Positions 27,570 through 41,639 of a stretch of DNA of 64,000 bases are shown here, one piece after another. Where the stretch lies: assembly GCF_009914755.1 (NCBI RefSeq), contig NC_060935.1. One strand, written 5' to 3'. The translations under genes and the position numbers were made by a program. Each line of letters begins with the position of its first letter. Within the stretch, counting starts at the first letter, position 1. The notes beneath the pieces were generated by a model. The model ran no database searches. It was not told where the DNA came from and saw only the letters and a program-made list of their open reading frames with translations. The stretch comes from the human T2T-CHM13v2.0 reference genome, Homo sapiens.

Positions 27570-30500
27570 AGAGAGGCTTCAAAATGGCTGACTGAAGGTA
27601 TCTGGTACTTGCCTCCTCCGCAAAACAAAAACAAAAGTAAAAAATCTCCAAGCAAATGGATAATCACACTTTGAATGTATTGCCTTAGAAAGAATGCTGA
27701 AATTCAACAGAGAAGTAACAGAAAACACCTAAGGCAGAAAGGAAAGGGAAGTGAGGCATCCTTCTCTGCCAGGAGCCAGGAGAGACTTCCCAATGTGGGG
27801 AAAGAGTAAGTGAGTGACCCCTAATGGTCCATATCCCCACCACGGATTCCTGCAATACTTGCCAGAGCCGTTCTACCCACACTGGCTGTGAGACTAACAG
27901 AGAGAGCTACGTGAAGACAGCTCTGACAGCATGGCTCAAGAAAGGGAGGTCACGCTGTGTATTCGTCTGTTTTTATGCTGCTGATAAAGACATACCCAAG
28001 ACTGGGCAATTTACAAAAGGAAGAGGTTTAATTGGATTTTGCAGTTCCACGTGCCTGGGGAGACCTCACAATCACGAAGGTAGGCAAGGAAGAGCAAGTC
28101 AGGTCTCACATGGATGGCAGCAGGCAAAGAAAGAGCTTGTGCAGGAAAGCTCCCCATTATAGTAACCAGATCTCATGAGACTTAGCATCATGAGAACAGC
28201 ATGGGAAAGACCTGACCCCCATGATTCAATTACCCCCCACCGAGGCCCTCCCACAACACATGGGAATTCAAGATGAGTTCTGAGTGGGGACACAGCCAAA
28301 CCATATCACGCTGGATCCTGCACACATCTCAAGCCCTAAACAACTACAGTGAGGTACCATTTTGAGAGCCCAGTCACCACCAGTCTGTATCCTGAATCTC
28401 CTTATTCCTGGAGTAAAACTGACATCCCCTGATCACAGATGGATGCTGCTGTCAGATGCTATGGCCAATGCCAAGTACAAGCCATTGGCAGCAACCCCAA
28501 CTGCCACAAGTAGCAGGGCCATCATGCATTTAAAAGTGCCATGAAGAAAGGCTATCTCACTTGTAGCCACCACTTGGGGCTAAAGATTGAACTCCCAGCC
28601 TCCTGCCTATGGCTTTTGCCACTGAAAGCAACTCCACCATTCCCAGAAGCAGGGCCACAGTGCAGCCGCTGCCTCCCTAACCAAGCATTCTGCCAGGAAT
28701 CTGGGCATCATTCAGCCCATGCCTACCACAGCCAGCATCAGCATGTACCTATTTGGGACCTCATGACAGTCACACCCCATTCAAGTATCCCTCACCCAGT
28801 GCCTGAACATGTCACTTGGCATCTGGGAGTTTGGCAATCGCTCTGCCCCATCCACCACCTCTCATGGTGCTGAGGATGAGCCCACCCAAATTGCCACTAC
28901 CACCACAGCTGGCATCTATCCACACACACCAACTGTGGGCCAGCGATTGCAGCCACTGATAACACCAGCTTGGACTGCTTGGGATCCAAAGGATTGTTCT
29001 GCCACTGCTACTCCCATCACCAACACAACACCCACTGCTCAGGGACCTGAGTATCTACCTACCTGCCCAATGCAAAGCTGCCACTACCAGCACCTGAGCA
29101 AGCTGTCTGGAGGCCAAAGAATCAGCTAGCCTGAGCCCGTTAACATTGGTGCCAGTGAATGCTGTGCTTGGTGAGACCCAGGCACATTTAGCCTGCCATT
29201 GCCACCACTGGGGCCTGAGGACTATCTCAGTGGATGTTCCTGTCTCCAGCAAAACATCACTACAGACTTCACTACCAATTGTACCATAAGCTACTAAGGA
29301 AATCACAGACAATACTGACACTGCCTATACCCAAAGAAATCATACAAAAACTACACTACTGCACACACTCAGAGCCAAAGTGCCCTATCCAATCAATACC
29401 ACAGATACTAATTTGTAGATGACATGATCTTACATATCTAGAAGAATTTAAAGACTATACCAAAAACCTTTTAGATCTAATAAATTTAGTAAAGTTGCAG
29501 GATGCAAAATTAAAACTAAAATACCAGTAGTATTTCTATACACCAATAATGAACTGGCTGAGGAGAAAATAAAGAAGGCAATCCCAATTACAATGGCTAT
29601 TAAAAAAATCTATAAGTATACTTAGCCAAGGAAGCAAAAGACCTTTACAAAGAAAACTACAAAATTCTGATGAAAGAAATTTAAGAGAACTTAATTGAAT
29701 ATGAAGACATCCCGTATTCATAGATTGAAAGAATTAACATTGTTACAATGACCATACTGCTCAAAGCAATCTACAGATTCCATGTAATTCCTTTAAAAAT
29801 ACCAATAATATTCTTCACAGAAAAAGAAAAAAAAATCTTAAAATTTATATGGAATCAAAAAAGAGCTTGAAAAACCAAAGCAATCCTAAGTAATAACAAC
29901 AAAGCTGGAGACATCACACTACCTGACTTTAAAATATATTACAAGAATATAGTGACCAAAACAATATGGTATGATAGGAAAAATGGTACATAGACCAACA
30001 GAACAGAATAGAGAACCCAGAAATAAATCCATGCGTTTTTTATCCAAATGATTTTTGGAAAAGTTGTCAAGAATATTCAATGAGGAAAGAACATCCTTTT
30101 CAATAAATAGTGCTGGGAGTATTTGATATCCATATGCAGAAGACAGAAACAGGACCCCTAACTCTCATGATATATAAAAACATCTTAAATGGATTAAAGA
30201 CTCAAAGTAAGACCCCAAACTATAAAACTACTAAAAGAAAACATAGAGGAAACACTTGAGGACATTGGGCTAGGCAAAGATTTTATAGCTAAGACCTAAA
30301 AAACACAGACAACAAAAACAAAAATAAACAAATGGGATTGTTTTAAACCAAAAAGCTTCTGTACAGTGAAGAACATAATCAACAGAGTGAAGAGATAACC
30401 TGTTGAATGGAAGAAAATATTTGCACAATGTTTCATCTGACAAGAGAGTAATATTTAGTATATACAAGGAACTTAACAGCTTAAAAAAAAAACTAACTCC

Positions 30501-31500
30501 CGCTGCCCCCCCAAAATACAAATAATTGCATGAAAAATTGGGCAAAAGACATGAACAGACATTTCTCAAAGACGTATAAATGGCCGACAGGTACATGAAG
30601 GAATGCTCCACATCAATAAGCACCAGGGAAATGTAAGTCAAAACCACAGTGAGGTATCATCACCCCAGTTAGAATGGCTATTATTAAAAAGACAAAAAAT
30701 AAAAGATGCTGGCCAGAATGCAAAGAAAAGGGAAAGACAATATTGGTAAAATTATACAGACACTATGGAAAACAGTATAAAGGTTTCTCAAAAAAGAAAA
30801 AATAAAACTATCGTATGATCAGCAATTCTAATACTAGGTATGTATCTGAAGAAAAGGAAATCAGTAGGTCAAAGAGACATTTGCACCTCCATGTTTATTA
30901 CAGCACTATTCACAAAAGCAAGATATGAAATAAATCTAAGTATCCATCAATGGATTAATTGTTAAGAAATGTGGTATATGTAAACACAATGAAATACTAT
31001 TAGCGCATAACAAATAATGAAATCATGTCATTTTTAGCAACATGGATGAAACTGGTGTTCATTATGTTAAGTTAAATAAGCCAGGCACAGAAAGACAAAT
31101 ATTACATGTTCTCACTCACATATGTGGGACCAAAAAAAAGGTTTTCGCATGGAAGTGGATACCAGAGGCTGAGAAGGGTGTGTACATGGGTAGGGCGTAA
31201 ATAAGAGAGGTTGGTTAATGGGTAAAAACAATTGTACAATTAGATAGAAGAAAAACATTCTAATGTTTGTTAGCTGAGTAGACTATCATTAACAAAAATA
31301 TATTGTTTGTTCTAAAATATCTATAAGAGAGAACTTGATATGTTCCCAACACATAGAAATGATAAATACGTGAGGTGATGGATACTGTAAATACCCTAAC
31401 CCTAACATGATCATTACTCATTCTGACTGTAAAAAAAAATCATGTGTACCCCATACATATGTACAAATATGTATCCATGACAAAAGCAATTTAAAAAATT
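27570..31500 (+). mobile_element. L1MA4-like LINE-1 with 5'UTR and 3' end, a large internal deletion (ORF1 and the 5' part of ORF2), interrupted by a THE1 LTR
   Basis: 5' start GGCTTCAAAATGGCTGACT and a C-rich 5'UTR to ~29408. It then jumps to TTTGTAGATGACATGATC (RT FADDMI-like motif), continues through ORF2 3' sequence, and ends in an L1MA4-type 3'UTR (TGTTCCCAACACATAGAAATGATAAATA...GTACCCCATACATATGTACAAAT). Confidence 0.85.
27958..28308 (-). mobile_element. THE1A-like MaLR solo LTR (351 bp)
   Basis: Minus strand starts TGATATGGTTTGGCTGTGTCCCCAC and ends GAATACA; perfect 5-bp TSD CGCTG at 27953-27957 and 28309-28313. Confidence 0.95.
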
Positions 31501-33377
31501 ACTTTTTGTAAAAAAATTGCCAAATATTTTTTTAAAGTAAAATTAAGTAAGAAAACAGATTTTGGCATGTACAAAAAGGTAAATTGAGAGAATCTCTATA
31601 AATCATCTTGAAGCATAAAGACTTGTATTCATGACTTGCTAAGCTATTAGAAAACAATAAAGCTTTAAAATATTCTGAACTAATGACTGAATGATATCTA
31701 ATCAATATTCACTTTATCACCTGGCAAGTCTAATAATATGAAGTCAGAGTACTGAAGAAACTACATCTATTTTCCCTGCCTTTGAAAGGAAATAAAACCT
31801 ACGAAGGCTTCCTTTAAAACAGCACGTGTCCAAGAATGTATCTGGTCTTCCTTGTCTCACCACTTTACTAATAATTTGACTTTTCCTAATCCAAGTGATT
31901 GATTAGTTGAATGCATGTTTAAGCCTCATAGAAAGTGCTCATTTCTTCAGACGTGATTTGCAAAGGCCAGAAATTCACCATTCAGTAAGAAAAGCTATGA
32001 AATAGACCTGTCATAAACTCATGGGGAGGGTGTCCTAGGGAGTCACCTCTGTTCTCCACCAGGAGACTTTTAGCTGGCTTACTTGCAGAGAAACATATAT
32101 TTAGTCTACTTTTTCGATTTTAGGGTGTGAGAATCCTGCCTTTTACTTAGGCTGACTGAGTTGAAGAGAACCGTTTTTCTGCCTCTCTATTACTGCCATT
32201 TTTCCCCCCCTGCAGTTTCAGCCACTCTAAAATATCTACAATGTGTTAGGTATGAAAGGTATGAAGATTTATAAACCTTTACCCACACTTTCAAGGAGCT
32301 TATATTCTAGTGTAAGAGGAAAAAGAAGAAAACAGAAAAATAAAAATGAAAAGTTCCAGGGATATTTAAGGGGTCTGTGGAAGTCTTACTGGAGTTCAGG
32401 ATATCTTCCAAACTGCCTGGAAATGTCTTACGTGATAAACCTGATACATAAACCTGAGTATATAGGTAAAAGACAGGGAAGTAATTCCAGGGACAAAACA
32501 GTGTAGGTTACACTGTAAGCTAGATATGTTCAGAGAATTGTAATCATTTTGAGATAGAATAGGTGAAGATACAGCAGTGGGAAGGTGCAGAAGTGTGTCA
32601 ATTCTGATATTCGGCTGGTATGCATCAGCATAAATTAACCCATTGGTTATGACTTGCATCTGTTTTGATTGGATCCACATCTTACTAGTTGTTACATATT
32701 TTAAATCTCACCTCTGAGTATCATAGGAAGTGACTGGCAGATTTTAGGCCATGTAGTGTATGCCAAATTACGGAGTGGAATATGATGGCAAAGGGGAGTC
32801 AACTAAGATCATTTTGCAAAAGGATGACACAATTACACTTGTTTTACAGAAAAAACAACTCTGAGGAAACTGGGGATGATGGGATGAGGAAAAAAGAAAA
32901 GAAGCATTTTTAATCCATGTTATTGATACAATTTAGCAAATGAGAGGTGTAAAAATAACTGTATTAAAAAGACTAATATCTATATCCAAAGAGTACATTT
33001 CTTATTAAACTTAGCACATTCTTTTATTTTAGGTAAAATTAAATCACTTTGGGTTGAATGAGGAGGTAGTTCAAATGCATTGCCTGTTGCAATTGCTTTG
33101 AACATTATGTTCCAGGATGTTGAAGTCAAAAAAAGCTCCTTTGTTCTGGTTCTCCTCTCCACTGAGAATCACGGCATTCAAGCCTGTACCCTCAACTCCA
33201 ACCAACACTCCTAAGACTCTCCGATCTCATAACCCATCAGAAGCCCTTAAACCTCAAGAAGGATTGAAAAAAAAAGTGGAGTTTATGTGCAAACCATGAC
33301 TACTTTTGAGTAATATTGAAAACTTAATACTGCTATGTAAGTAGGCATATTCATCTTCACAGATGAAAAAACTCTGG

Positions 33378-33584
33378 ATCAGGAAGCAAACCTCTCCTGT
33401 AAAGGGTCAGATAGTAAATATTTAAGGATCTATGGGACATATGACTTCTATTAAAACTGTTCAATTCTGCTATTATAGCCCCAAAGCAGCCATAGACATT
33501 ATGTCAATGAATGCGACTATGTTCCAGTGAAACTATCGTACAAAAATAGAATTCAGCTGATGGGCCTCAGTTAATCAGTCACTG
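33378..33584 (+). mobile_element. MER58A-like hAT DNA transposon
   Basis: GCAAAC...CTGTAAAGGGTCAGATAGTAAATATTT...AAAGCAGCCATAGACA...GTTCCAGTGAAACT. Confidence 0.8.
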
Positions 33585-33738
33585 TTTTTAGTATGATTTA
33601 TCACAATGCCTGTCAACAAATAGAAATATACATATGTATATATGTGTGTATATAAATCTGTGTGTGTGTGTATATATATGTATGATAGTTCACATCTTCT
33701 GTTAATTCCACCAAATCATGTCAATCTTCTAGAAAACA

Positions 33739-34073
33739 GGCCAGGCGCGGTGGCTTATGCCTGTAATCTCAGCACTTTGGGAAGATGAGGTCACTGGAAA
33801 TCAGGAGTTTGAGACCAACGTGGCCAAGATGGCAAAAGCTTGTCTCTAATAAAAAATATACAAAAATTAGCTGGGCATGGTGGTGCATGTCTGTAATCAC
33901 AGCTACTTGGGAGGCTAAGGATGGAGAATCGCTTGAACTCAGGAGACAGAGACTGCAGTGACTTGACATACCGCCACTGCACTCCAGCTTGGGTGATAGA
34001 GTGAGTGAGATTCTGTCTCAAAACAAAAAACAAAAAACAAAAACAAACAAAAACAAACAAACAAAAAAACAAA
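33739..34073 (+). mobile_element. Old Alu (AluJ/Sz-like)
   Basis: Diverged dimer with a CA-interrupted A tail; TSD TCTAGAAAACA at 33728-33738 and 34074-34084. Confidence 0.9.
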
Positions 34074-34489
34074 TCTAGAAAACAATAAAGAGCAAATGTT
34101 TTTGACTGGAATTCAGCACAGAATAATATTCAGTTTGCCTTTGTTTCTCTGTAGATGTTTACACACATTTATAAAGCAACTTCAAACTTTTCTGTTTACT
34201 AAAAACTAAAGTTTCATCAAAAAGTTTAGTTTCCTGAGAAAATGGAAGTGCAGTTTGAATAGTCCATCTAATTATTAAATTTTCTTGATTACAGAAAGTG
34301 TAATTGCTCCTGGTTTGTTAATCTTATTTTTTTTAAAAAAGAAACATTTTCAGAATCACCTTTAACTCTACATTTTCCTTTGTTTAAATTATCTATCTTG
34401 AAAATAGAGAAAAACATATTATCTTATACTGTAAGGACAAAATTTATTACTGAAATTGAGGATTATCAAAGATCCAGAGATGGTTTTCC

Positions 34490-34730
34490 AGAATGGTTTA
34501 GGATACAGGTTATCTTCTAATATCCTCACTGCCATTTACTGCCTGTGGGACCTTGAGCAAATTAGTTGTCTCTCTGTGTCTCAGTTTCTTCAGCTATAAA
34601 ATGAAGTTAATAATAATAGCTTACAAATAGAATTGCTATAAAAAGTCAATAAATTAATACATGAAGATCAACCACTTAGAACAGTGCTTGTTAAATAAAG
34701 ATCACTCTATAAAAAGTGATTATTATCAAA
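34490..34730 (+). mobile_element. MIR
   Basis: CTGCCATTTACTGCCTGTGGGACCTTGAGCAAATTAG...TCTCAGTTTCTTCAGCTATAAAATG...CACTTAGAACAGTGCTTG. Confidence 0.8.
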
Positions 34731-35023
34731 ATGTTTTAAATATTTATCTAAACAAATGTTCGCAGTGTAATCAATCTCAAAGCCACCAGCGCACTTTGAG
34801 ATGCAGATTACTTTAAAGCACAAGCTCTAGTATTAGAAGAGGGCTTCAAAGTCCTGGGTTGGTTTCATCCTGGACATAGGAATACTTCTTCATCCAATAA
34901 CATCAAAAGCCCCTGTTCATTTTCAGTTGTCAGACCTACAGCACCTCCCACGTCAACTGGTATTATTTACATTTCAGCTTATATCTAGCAAGCAGAGTTG
35001 CCTTTAAAGACATAAGTTACGTC

Positions 35024-35385
<362 letters not shown>

Positions 35386-36093
35386 TTAATATTACTCACT
35401 TCAGAAGGGACTTGTGAGAAATAAAAGAAATATCTCATTCTTTACATTTTAATAGGGGTGTTTGAGGGGAACTTTTATGCTCCAGGAGAGAAAAGCATGG
35501 AAAGAAAACACACAGCTTCATTCCACTATCTTCCTACTATCCCTTCTGGGGATAGTGACTCATCTGTCTGGTGAAACTGGAGAAGGGGTTAAGTGTGTAC
35601 GACTCCATCTCTTCTTTTTATGGAGCAGTCTGTTCTCTGAACCTGAGTTTTTCTGTTGTCCTTCTGAAAGCTACCTATTAAAGCAAGCAAGTCCTGTGAT
35701 TGTTCAGTCCTGTCTGTGACTGTGGGGATGGAGAAGAATATTTGGTCACAGATCAAAGATTTGGTTTTCATTTAGCTAATATATACTAATTCCATGACTT
35801 CTTGCTGGTATTTAATTTGAGGAAAGGGCTATTATTTAATGAACCTTTAAATCCCTAACAGTGAGAAATTAATATAATACTTTATGTGACTCTACAGTTA
35901 CAAATGTTAAATTTGGCCTTACTTTAAAAATATCTTGCATTATAGTTTAACAAAATCTTTCTCTCCTCATTGTTTATAACAGATGGAGTAATACCTTTCA
36001 AAAATAATAAATGAAACCACTTATTAACAGTATAGGTTTCCTGGTTTCCAATCTCCACTGACTGTTTCTCAACCCACTGCCACACCCCTTATG

Positions 36094-36095
<2 letters not shown>

Positions 36096-36147
<52 letters not shown>

Positions 36148-36152
36148 ACACA
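36096..36152. repeat. (CA)n microsatellite
   Basis: (CA)23 TA (CA)4, read directly. Confidence 0.97.
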
Positions 36153-36922
36153 AACTTCCTTCTCCACTTGCCTCCAAATTTAGGAAGAAAGGCCATCAAG
36201 TGATTTTTCTATTTCTAAACTTTTAAGCTATATCTGCCCCAACACATTTTTAAATTTCTGTTCTAGTTCTGTAGTACATCTTCTCAGTTGGTTTCCTCCA
36301 CCTGGACTTTAAATGCCACCCCTTCCCACATTTTTATGCATTTTATACTATTCGTAACCCTCTTTTCATTAATTAAATCACCTATCCTACCTGGATACCA
36401 AAATTAACCAATTAAATAAACAACTGACCTTTGCATGCAAGATACAGATACTATATATCATAAAATTTTAAAAATCTAAAAATTATGAAGCTTGGCATTG
36501 TCTGAAGATCATAAAGCCCAAATTAAATGACAAGAGTAAAAATATTTTCAACATATTCCAATGAGCTACCTTCCTTAATTTATAAAGTTTTTAGAAATCA
36601 ATAAGGAAAAATAAACAAAAAATGGTTTTAGTACATGGATAGGTAGCTTTTAGGAAATATTGACATAAGATAATATTTACTATCTTACTCATAATTTTAA
36701 AACTACAAATTAAAACATTGTGATGCCATTTTCATTCATAATATTATCAAAGTGCAAATGATTTAATAATGCCATGAGTTGACACAGAAATACAAGTGCT
36801 TTTCACTATACATTTTGTTCACCACTTAAACTATTTTTCATGATTATAAATTACATCTTTGGAGAGAAATAAAATGTTAATGTTAAAAAATCTCTCTTTA
36901 CCTCATTTTCCCTTAAAATATA

Positions 36923-39590
36923 CAGTTGACCCTTGAACAATGCAGGAGTTAGATGCAACATCATGTTACACAGTCAAATATCTATATATAACTTTTGACT
37001 CTCCTAAATCTTAACTACTAATGGCCTACTGTTGACCCAAATCCTTACAAATAACATAATCAGTTGATTAACACATATTTTTGTATGTGGTATGCATTAT
37101 ATACTGTATTCTTATAATAAAGTAAGCAAGAGGAAGAAATGTTATCAAGAAAATCATAGGGAAGAAAAATATATATTTACTATTCATTAAGTAGATGTGG
37201 ATCATCATAAAGGTTTTCATCCTAATTGTCTTCATACTGTAGGCTGATGGGGAAGAGGAAGGGAAGGGGTTGGTCTTGCTGTTTCAGGGGTGGCAGTGGT
37301 GGAAGAGGCAGATGAGGTGGAAGGGGAAGCAGGAGAGGCAGGCACACTTAGTTTAACTTAACACATTTAAGGAAATGCATTTTTGCCTTTTTTTTTCATT
37401 TCTCTAAAAATGTTTCTATACAGTACCAATCCTTCTTCCACTGTTAGCTTTAATTTCAGTCCCTGTATCATAGAAAGGATCATGTCATAAAAGAAGTCAA
37501 AAGCAGTCTTGAATAACTGAAACCCTCCTGCCAGATTATCTAATGTCAATTTGCTTTCTGTTACTACTTCTTCAACATCATCTTCCTCCTCATCTGGCAC
37601 TGGTCCAAAAGCACTCATCTCCATCAAAGTCATCTTCTGTTAATTCTTGTAGTGTGATGTCTGTTAGCTCTTGAATTTCTCCAAGATCCATATTCTGAAA
37701 CCCTTTACCCCCACCTTTTTTTTTCCCATACCCATGATCTCATGATTTCCTTGATTGGCTCTATCATAAATATTGTGAAGTGATACACAAGATCTGGAAA
37801 CAGTTTTCTTCAGCAGGAATTTATTGTATCAGGCTTGAGGGCTTTCAGGGCTTTTTCCATAACAACAATTGTATCTTCAGTGGTATAATTTTTCCAGACT
37901 TTCATGATGTTGTCTCTATTTGGATCCTCTTCAACCAGTTGATGATCCTTTCCATAGAGTACTGTGTGTAATGAGCCTTTATGGTCCTTATGACCCCTAA
38001 TCTAGAGGCTGAATTAGAGACTTTGTGTCTGGAGGCAAGTAGATACTTTCCATGTTGAACTCATGAGGTTCTGGGCGGTAAGAGGCATTGCTCAATAGCA
38101 AAGGAACTTTATAAGGTAGTCCTTCCTAGCCAGGTACTTCATGAATTCAGGGACAAAGTGCCGATGGAAACAATCAAGGAAAATAGCTCTAAATGTCCAG
38201 GTCTTCTTCTTGTACAACCAAAAGACTGGTAGCTGATGTTTATCTTTTCCCTTCAATGCTAGAAGATTAGCAACTGTGTAGATAAGAAAAGTCATGATCA
38301 TAATAAACCTGACTGTATTGTCAAAAAACAGGAGGGTTAGCTTACTCCTTCCTGCCTTAAATCCTAGAGCTCACTTCTATTCTTTACTAATAAATGTTCT
38401 TTGTGGTATTTTTCTGTACAGAATAGAGGACTTTGACACACATTAAAAACCTGTTACAGCAAATATTCCTTCTCCTCAGTGGTTTTCTTAATGGTGTCTT
38501 GGAACTTGTCTGCTGCTTCTTGGGCAACAGAAGCTGTTTTTCTCATTATCTTGACAATTTTTAAGCCAAATATCTTTGTAAAATTATCAAACCATCCTTT
38601 GCTAACACTAAATTCTCCAGCTTTAGATCCTTCACCTTCCTTTTGAGTAAGTCATCCTTTAATGACTTTGCTTTTTCTTGAATAATATTAGACTCTAAAT
38701 GTATGCCTTTCTTATACCCAATCATACACCTACATAAAAGCTGCATTTTCAAAATTACAGAAAAAGGTATTTCCCCAGAAGAGCAAGGTTTTCACATCTG
38801 CTGGTGTAGCCACAGGGATGGCTTCATACGTTTCCTTTTCTTTCGTTATGTTGGTCTTTCCTTATGCTGGATTTGTTTATCTTGAAATGAAGGGCATCTG
38901 CAACTGCAGACCGGAATCCACAGTACATATTAAGCAACTCAACTTTTTCTTGTGATATCATGACTTTTCTCTTCTTCTTGGGAGCAGTTTCAGCATCACT
39001 ACTGACACTTTTGTTCCCATGGTGTTATTTAAGGTTCACAGTATTGCAAAAGACATGATAAAAAAATGTGCAATAATCAGGAACAATCACTTTTCACTGT
39101 AATGCATGATTTAGTGGTGAAATGCACAGTTCACAGGGAGATGATTAGCCTCATACTGTGATTTAAGCAGATACTCATAATACTTGAGATCATTGCAATA
39201 TCAATAGGAGGTGGCTTTGAAATTACTTCAGTAGTACAACATGTACTGCAGTTAATTTTATGCAGTTATGATTTAATAGTAAATCTTTGTTTTCTCTTAA
39301 TCAGGAATGGCTCACAAGTGTGCACAAAAGTTTTGATAAATTTTAACTTCTTATAATAGATTGGTGTAGATTTTATGGTAGTAAATGATAAAATAGTATA
39401 TGTAAATATTACATTCATTTATCACACATATTTTCTTATTTTTAAAAAAATATTCCTAGTCAACATGGTTTGTGTGTGAGTTTGTCCAAATTATTGCAAA
39501 TCTCAAAAATAAATTTCAACCTATCAACTGAAAAAAATATGTAAATGGAGACCTGCACAGTTCAAACTCATGTTGTTCAAGGGTGAACTG
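36923..39590 (-). mobile_element. Tigger2 (TcMar-Tigger DNA transposon), near full length, transposase decayed
   Basis: TIRs CAGTTGACCCTTGAACAA / TTGTTCAAGGGTGAACTG are each flanked by TA; length 2668 bp. Minus-strand ORF fragments 38561-38752, 38092-38301 and 37367-37633 are pogo-type transposase remnants. Confidence 0.93.
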
Positions 39591-39619
39591 TAGATTTCAT
39601 TCTTCATTCCTTATTAGTT

Positions 39620-40240
39620 CAACTTCCCAAAATACTGGCTTATATGTCATGGGTTCATTTACTCACCATCTACTCACTTCTTAGCTACTTCATTGTTAAT
39701 CTGCTTTTATTACTCTATTCAGCCATGTCTTGTTAAATTGCCAATTCTCTCCACCTCAATAAATCCAAATGGCCATTTCAGTGTTATTTTCACTTGATCT
39801 CCTAAATTCAGTTGACACTGGTGGTCTTGCCTGTAAATACTCTCTTCCATTGGCTTGGATGACACAACACTCTTGGTTTCCCATCAACATCTCTGGATTT
39901 GCCTGTTCCTGTCTCCAATTTAGAGTTCATCTTTTTTTTTCAACCTAAATGCTGAGGTCCCTCAAAGATAATTTCTTAGAATTCCTCTCTTAATTTTAAC
40001 AAACACGTCCTTGATTTGCTATTATCCTGATGAGTCTCTCAATTCTATTTACAGCCTATATATCTCTTCTGAGCTCTCAACTTACATATTCTCCTACCTA
40101 GTAGACTACTTTATCTTTGAAATGTACCTGAACTCCACTTATCCAAAACTGAACTCATGATCTGCTCTTTACTTCATATCTGACATTTCCCAAAGACCTC
40201 AGTAAAGGTACTATCATTCCTATTGTTAACTTTTATCCCA
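39620..40240 (+). mobile_element. L2 fragment
   Basis: AAATCCAAATGGCCATTTCAGTG...CAGTTGACACTG...TTGGCTTGGATGACACAACACTCT...CTCTTCTGAGCTC...ATCCAAAACTGAACTCATGATC. Confidence 0.75.
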
Positions 40241-40504
40241 CATTACAAATTAATGACACTGAATAGCCCAGTAGAAGAAAATTATGGACATGCCTTTTTA
40301 TTGCACTTGATTTTATTGTAACTCCACAGATATTGCATTTTTTACAAATTGAAGGTTTGTGGCAACTCTGTCCTACACATCTGTTGGCACTATTTTTCCA
40401 ATGGCATGGTCTCATTTTGTGTAATTTTGTTAATTCTCACAATATTTCAAACTTTTTCATTATTATTATATCTGTTATGGTGATCTGTAATCAGCGATCT
40501 TTTT

Positions 40505-40660
40505 CGCTTATATTATTATTTCAATTTACATGATAATTGTACACATTTATGGCATACAGTGTGATATTTCCATAAATGTATACAATATATAAGGATCAAA
40601 TCAGGGTAATAAACGTATCCGTCACCTCAGACATTTATTATTTCTTTGTGTTAGGAACAT
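40505..40660 (-). mobile_element. Short 5'-truncated L1MA 3' end nested in Tigger1
   Basis: ATAATTGTACACATTTATGG..TACAGTGTGATATTTC...GATCAAATCAGGGTAAT...CATTTATTATTTCTTTGTGTTAGGAACAT is a reversed L1MA 3'UTR; Tigger1 sequence is contiguous on both sides. Confidence 0.8.
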
Positions 40661-41592
40661 GCTACTGTTGTAATTGGTTTGGGGCATCACAAACTGTGCC
40701 TATATAAGACCGTAATGAGGGTGGTATGTTCTGATTGTCCTACCCACTGGCTGTACTTCCGTCTCTCTCCCTCTCCTCAGGCCTCCCTAACCCTAGAGAC
40801 ACAACAGTATTGAAATTAGGCTAATTAATAGCCCTACAATGGCTAAATGCTCAAGTGAAAGGAAGAATTGTAAGTCTCTAACTTTAAATCAAAAGCTAGA
40901 AATGATTATACTTAATGAGGAAGGTAAGGTGGAAGCAAATATAGGCCAAAAATTAGGCCTGTTGCAAAAAACAGCCAAGTTGTGAATATAGAGAAATGAT
41001 AAGAAAGAGAAACAGCCTTATTGCTGATGTGGAGAAAGTTTTCATGGTCTTGATAGAAGATCAAGTCAGCCACAACATTCTTGTAAACCAAAATTCTAAT
41101 CAAGAGCAAGATCTTAACTCTCTTTAATCCTATAAAGGCTGAGAGAGGGGAGGAAGTTACAGAAGATGTGTAAAGCTAGCAGAGGTTATTTCACGAGGTT
41201 GAAGACAGGAAACTGTCTCTGTAACATCAAAGTGCTGGGTGAAGCAGCAGGTGCAGACTGATAGAGAAGTTTCAACAACATATTTTCAATGCAGACAAAA
41301 CAGCCTTTTTTTGGAAGAAGATGCCATCTAACACTTTCTCAGCTAGAGAGGAGAAGTCAAGGCCTTGCTTCAGATTGTCAAAGGACAGACTAACTCTTCT
41401 ATGAGGAGATAATAAAACTGGTGACTTGAAGTGGAAGCCAACAATCATTTCCATTCTGAGAAGACTAGGAAACTTATGAATTATGTTACATGTATTACTG
41501 TGTTCCAAAAATGAAAAAAACAAAGCCTGGGTGACAACACATCTCTTTAAAGCATGGTTTACTGAATATTTTAAGTCTACTTTTCAGAATTA

Positions 41593-41594
<2 letters not shown>

Positions 41595-41638
<44 letters not shown>
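41595..41638. repeat. (AC)16(AT)6 compound microsatellite inside Tigger1
   Basis: Read directly from the sequence. Confidence 0.95.

Positions 41639-41639
<1 letters not shown>

Noticed and set aside
28362-29422. Cluster of ORFs in a C-rich region suggesting a gene or CpG island
   Set aside because: It lies in the L1M 5'UTR; higher GC lowers stop frequency, and CpGs are depleted.
37367-38752. Transposase-like ORFs as a domesticated TIGD/pogo gene
   Set aside because: The frames are short and interrupted by stops and frameshifts across an ordinary decayed Tigger2.
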